Source: Promethearchaeota archaeon
Lineage (GTDB): Archaea > Asgardarchaeota > Thorarchaeia > Thorarchaeales > Thorarchaeaceae
Assembly (NCBI GenBank): GCA_027031765.1
Contig: JALVPN010000064.1
Span: forward strand, 1-5,704
Reading direction: 5' to 3'
DNA length: 5,704 nucleotides
The translations under genes were made by a program, and so were the position numbers. Under the pieces are notes generated by a model, which saw only the letters and a list, made by a program, of their open reading frames with translations, was not told the DNA's origin and did no database searches. Positions 5,404-5,704 of this stretch are shown piece by piece (the stretch's first letter is position 1; the number at the start of each line of letters is the position of its first letter).

Positions 5404-5704
5404 AGCAACCTGCTCACCCCCCCATGTGCCCATGCGCGACAGACGGTGCCCAACACCCTAGCAACGGTCCTGGGCGCGTATCACTTCTCTCCGGACGCAC
5501 ATCGGCTGCGGCCACGGGGACTCTGGGGCCTGCCAGTTGCGTGTGTCGTCCCGTGTTGCATTGAGGACGGCCTGCTCCTGTCGGGGTCGTGGTCACCGCA
5601 CTCACCCGGAATGACTGCCATATAGACGCTGCTGCGGTATCTGGGCCCCGTGGAGACCCCAGGCCCACTGTTGGGTGCCGTAGTAGACGGATGAGTTAGC
5701 TACT

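Noticed and set aside
5258-5461. Read-through of the dehydrogenase TAG (pyrrolysine-type recoding) into the in-frame 66-aa ORF, with a hairpin nearby
   Set aside because: The enzyme is complete before the TAG, the extension is Pro/Arg-rich and not protein-like, and no Pyl machinery is visible.
5313-5668. ORFs 5313-5564, 5374-5625 and 5414-5668
   Set aside because: They are short, mutually overlapping, lack recognisable motifs, and are consistent with chance ORFs in GC-rich DNA.
5602-5703. Minus-strand frame open from the right edge (VANSSVYYGTQQWAWGLHGAQIPQQRLYGSHSG-stop) as the 3' end of a neighbouring gene
   Set aside because: Only 33 codons are visible with no recognisable motif, so it cannot be supported without flanking sequence.

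Overview
This is a GC-rich prokaryotic window, probably archaeal, with three genes. (1) Over half of it (1-~3192, minus strand) is one uninterrupted ORF of at least 1064 codons. The supplied ORF track omits it, presumably because its stop lies off the left edge. Hand translation gives a secreted surface protein: signal peptide, long right-handed parallel beta-helix (NosD/CASH-like, 23-aa rungs, ending in GNYWSDY), then at least five ~90-aa Ig-like repeats that show sub-domain shuffling. Most short ORFs listed in 199-3277 are shadows of this gene. (2) A divergent small hypothetical membrane protein (3544-4020). (3) A complete MCAD/SCAD-type acyl-CoA dehydrogenase (4058-5260) with some unusual motif substitutions. 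It is followed by ~440 nt with no convincing gene, containing a candidate four-way-junction RNA structure (5296-5403). The surface-protein motifs resemble, from memory and unverified, those of Asgard (Thorarchaeota-type) archaea. All counts and folds were done by hand. No CRISPR array, mobile element, rRNA or canonical tRNA was found.
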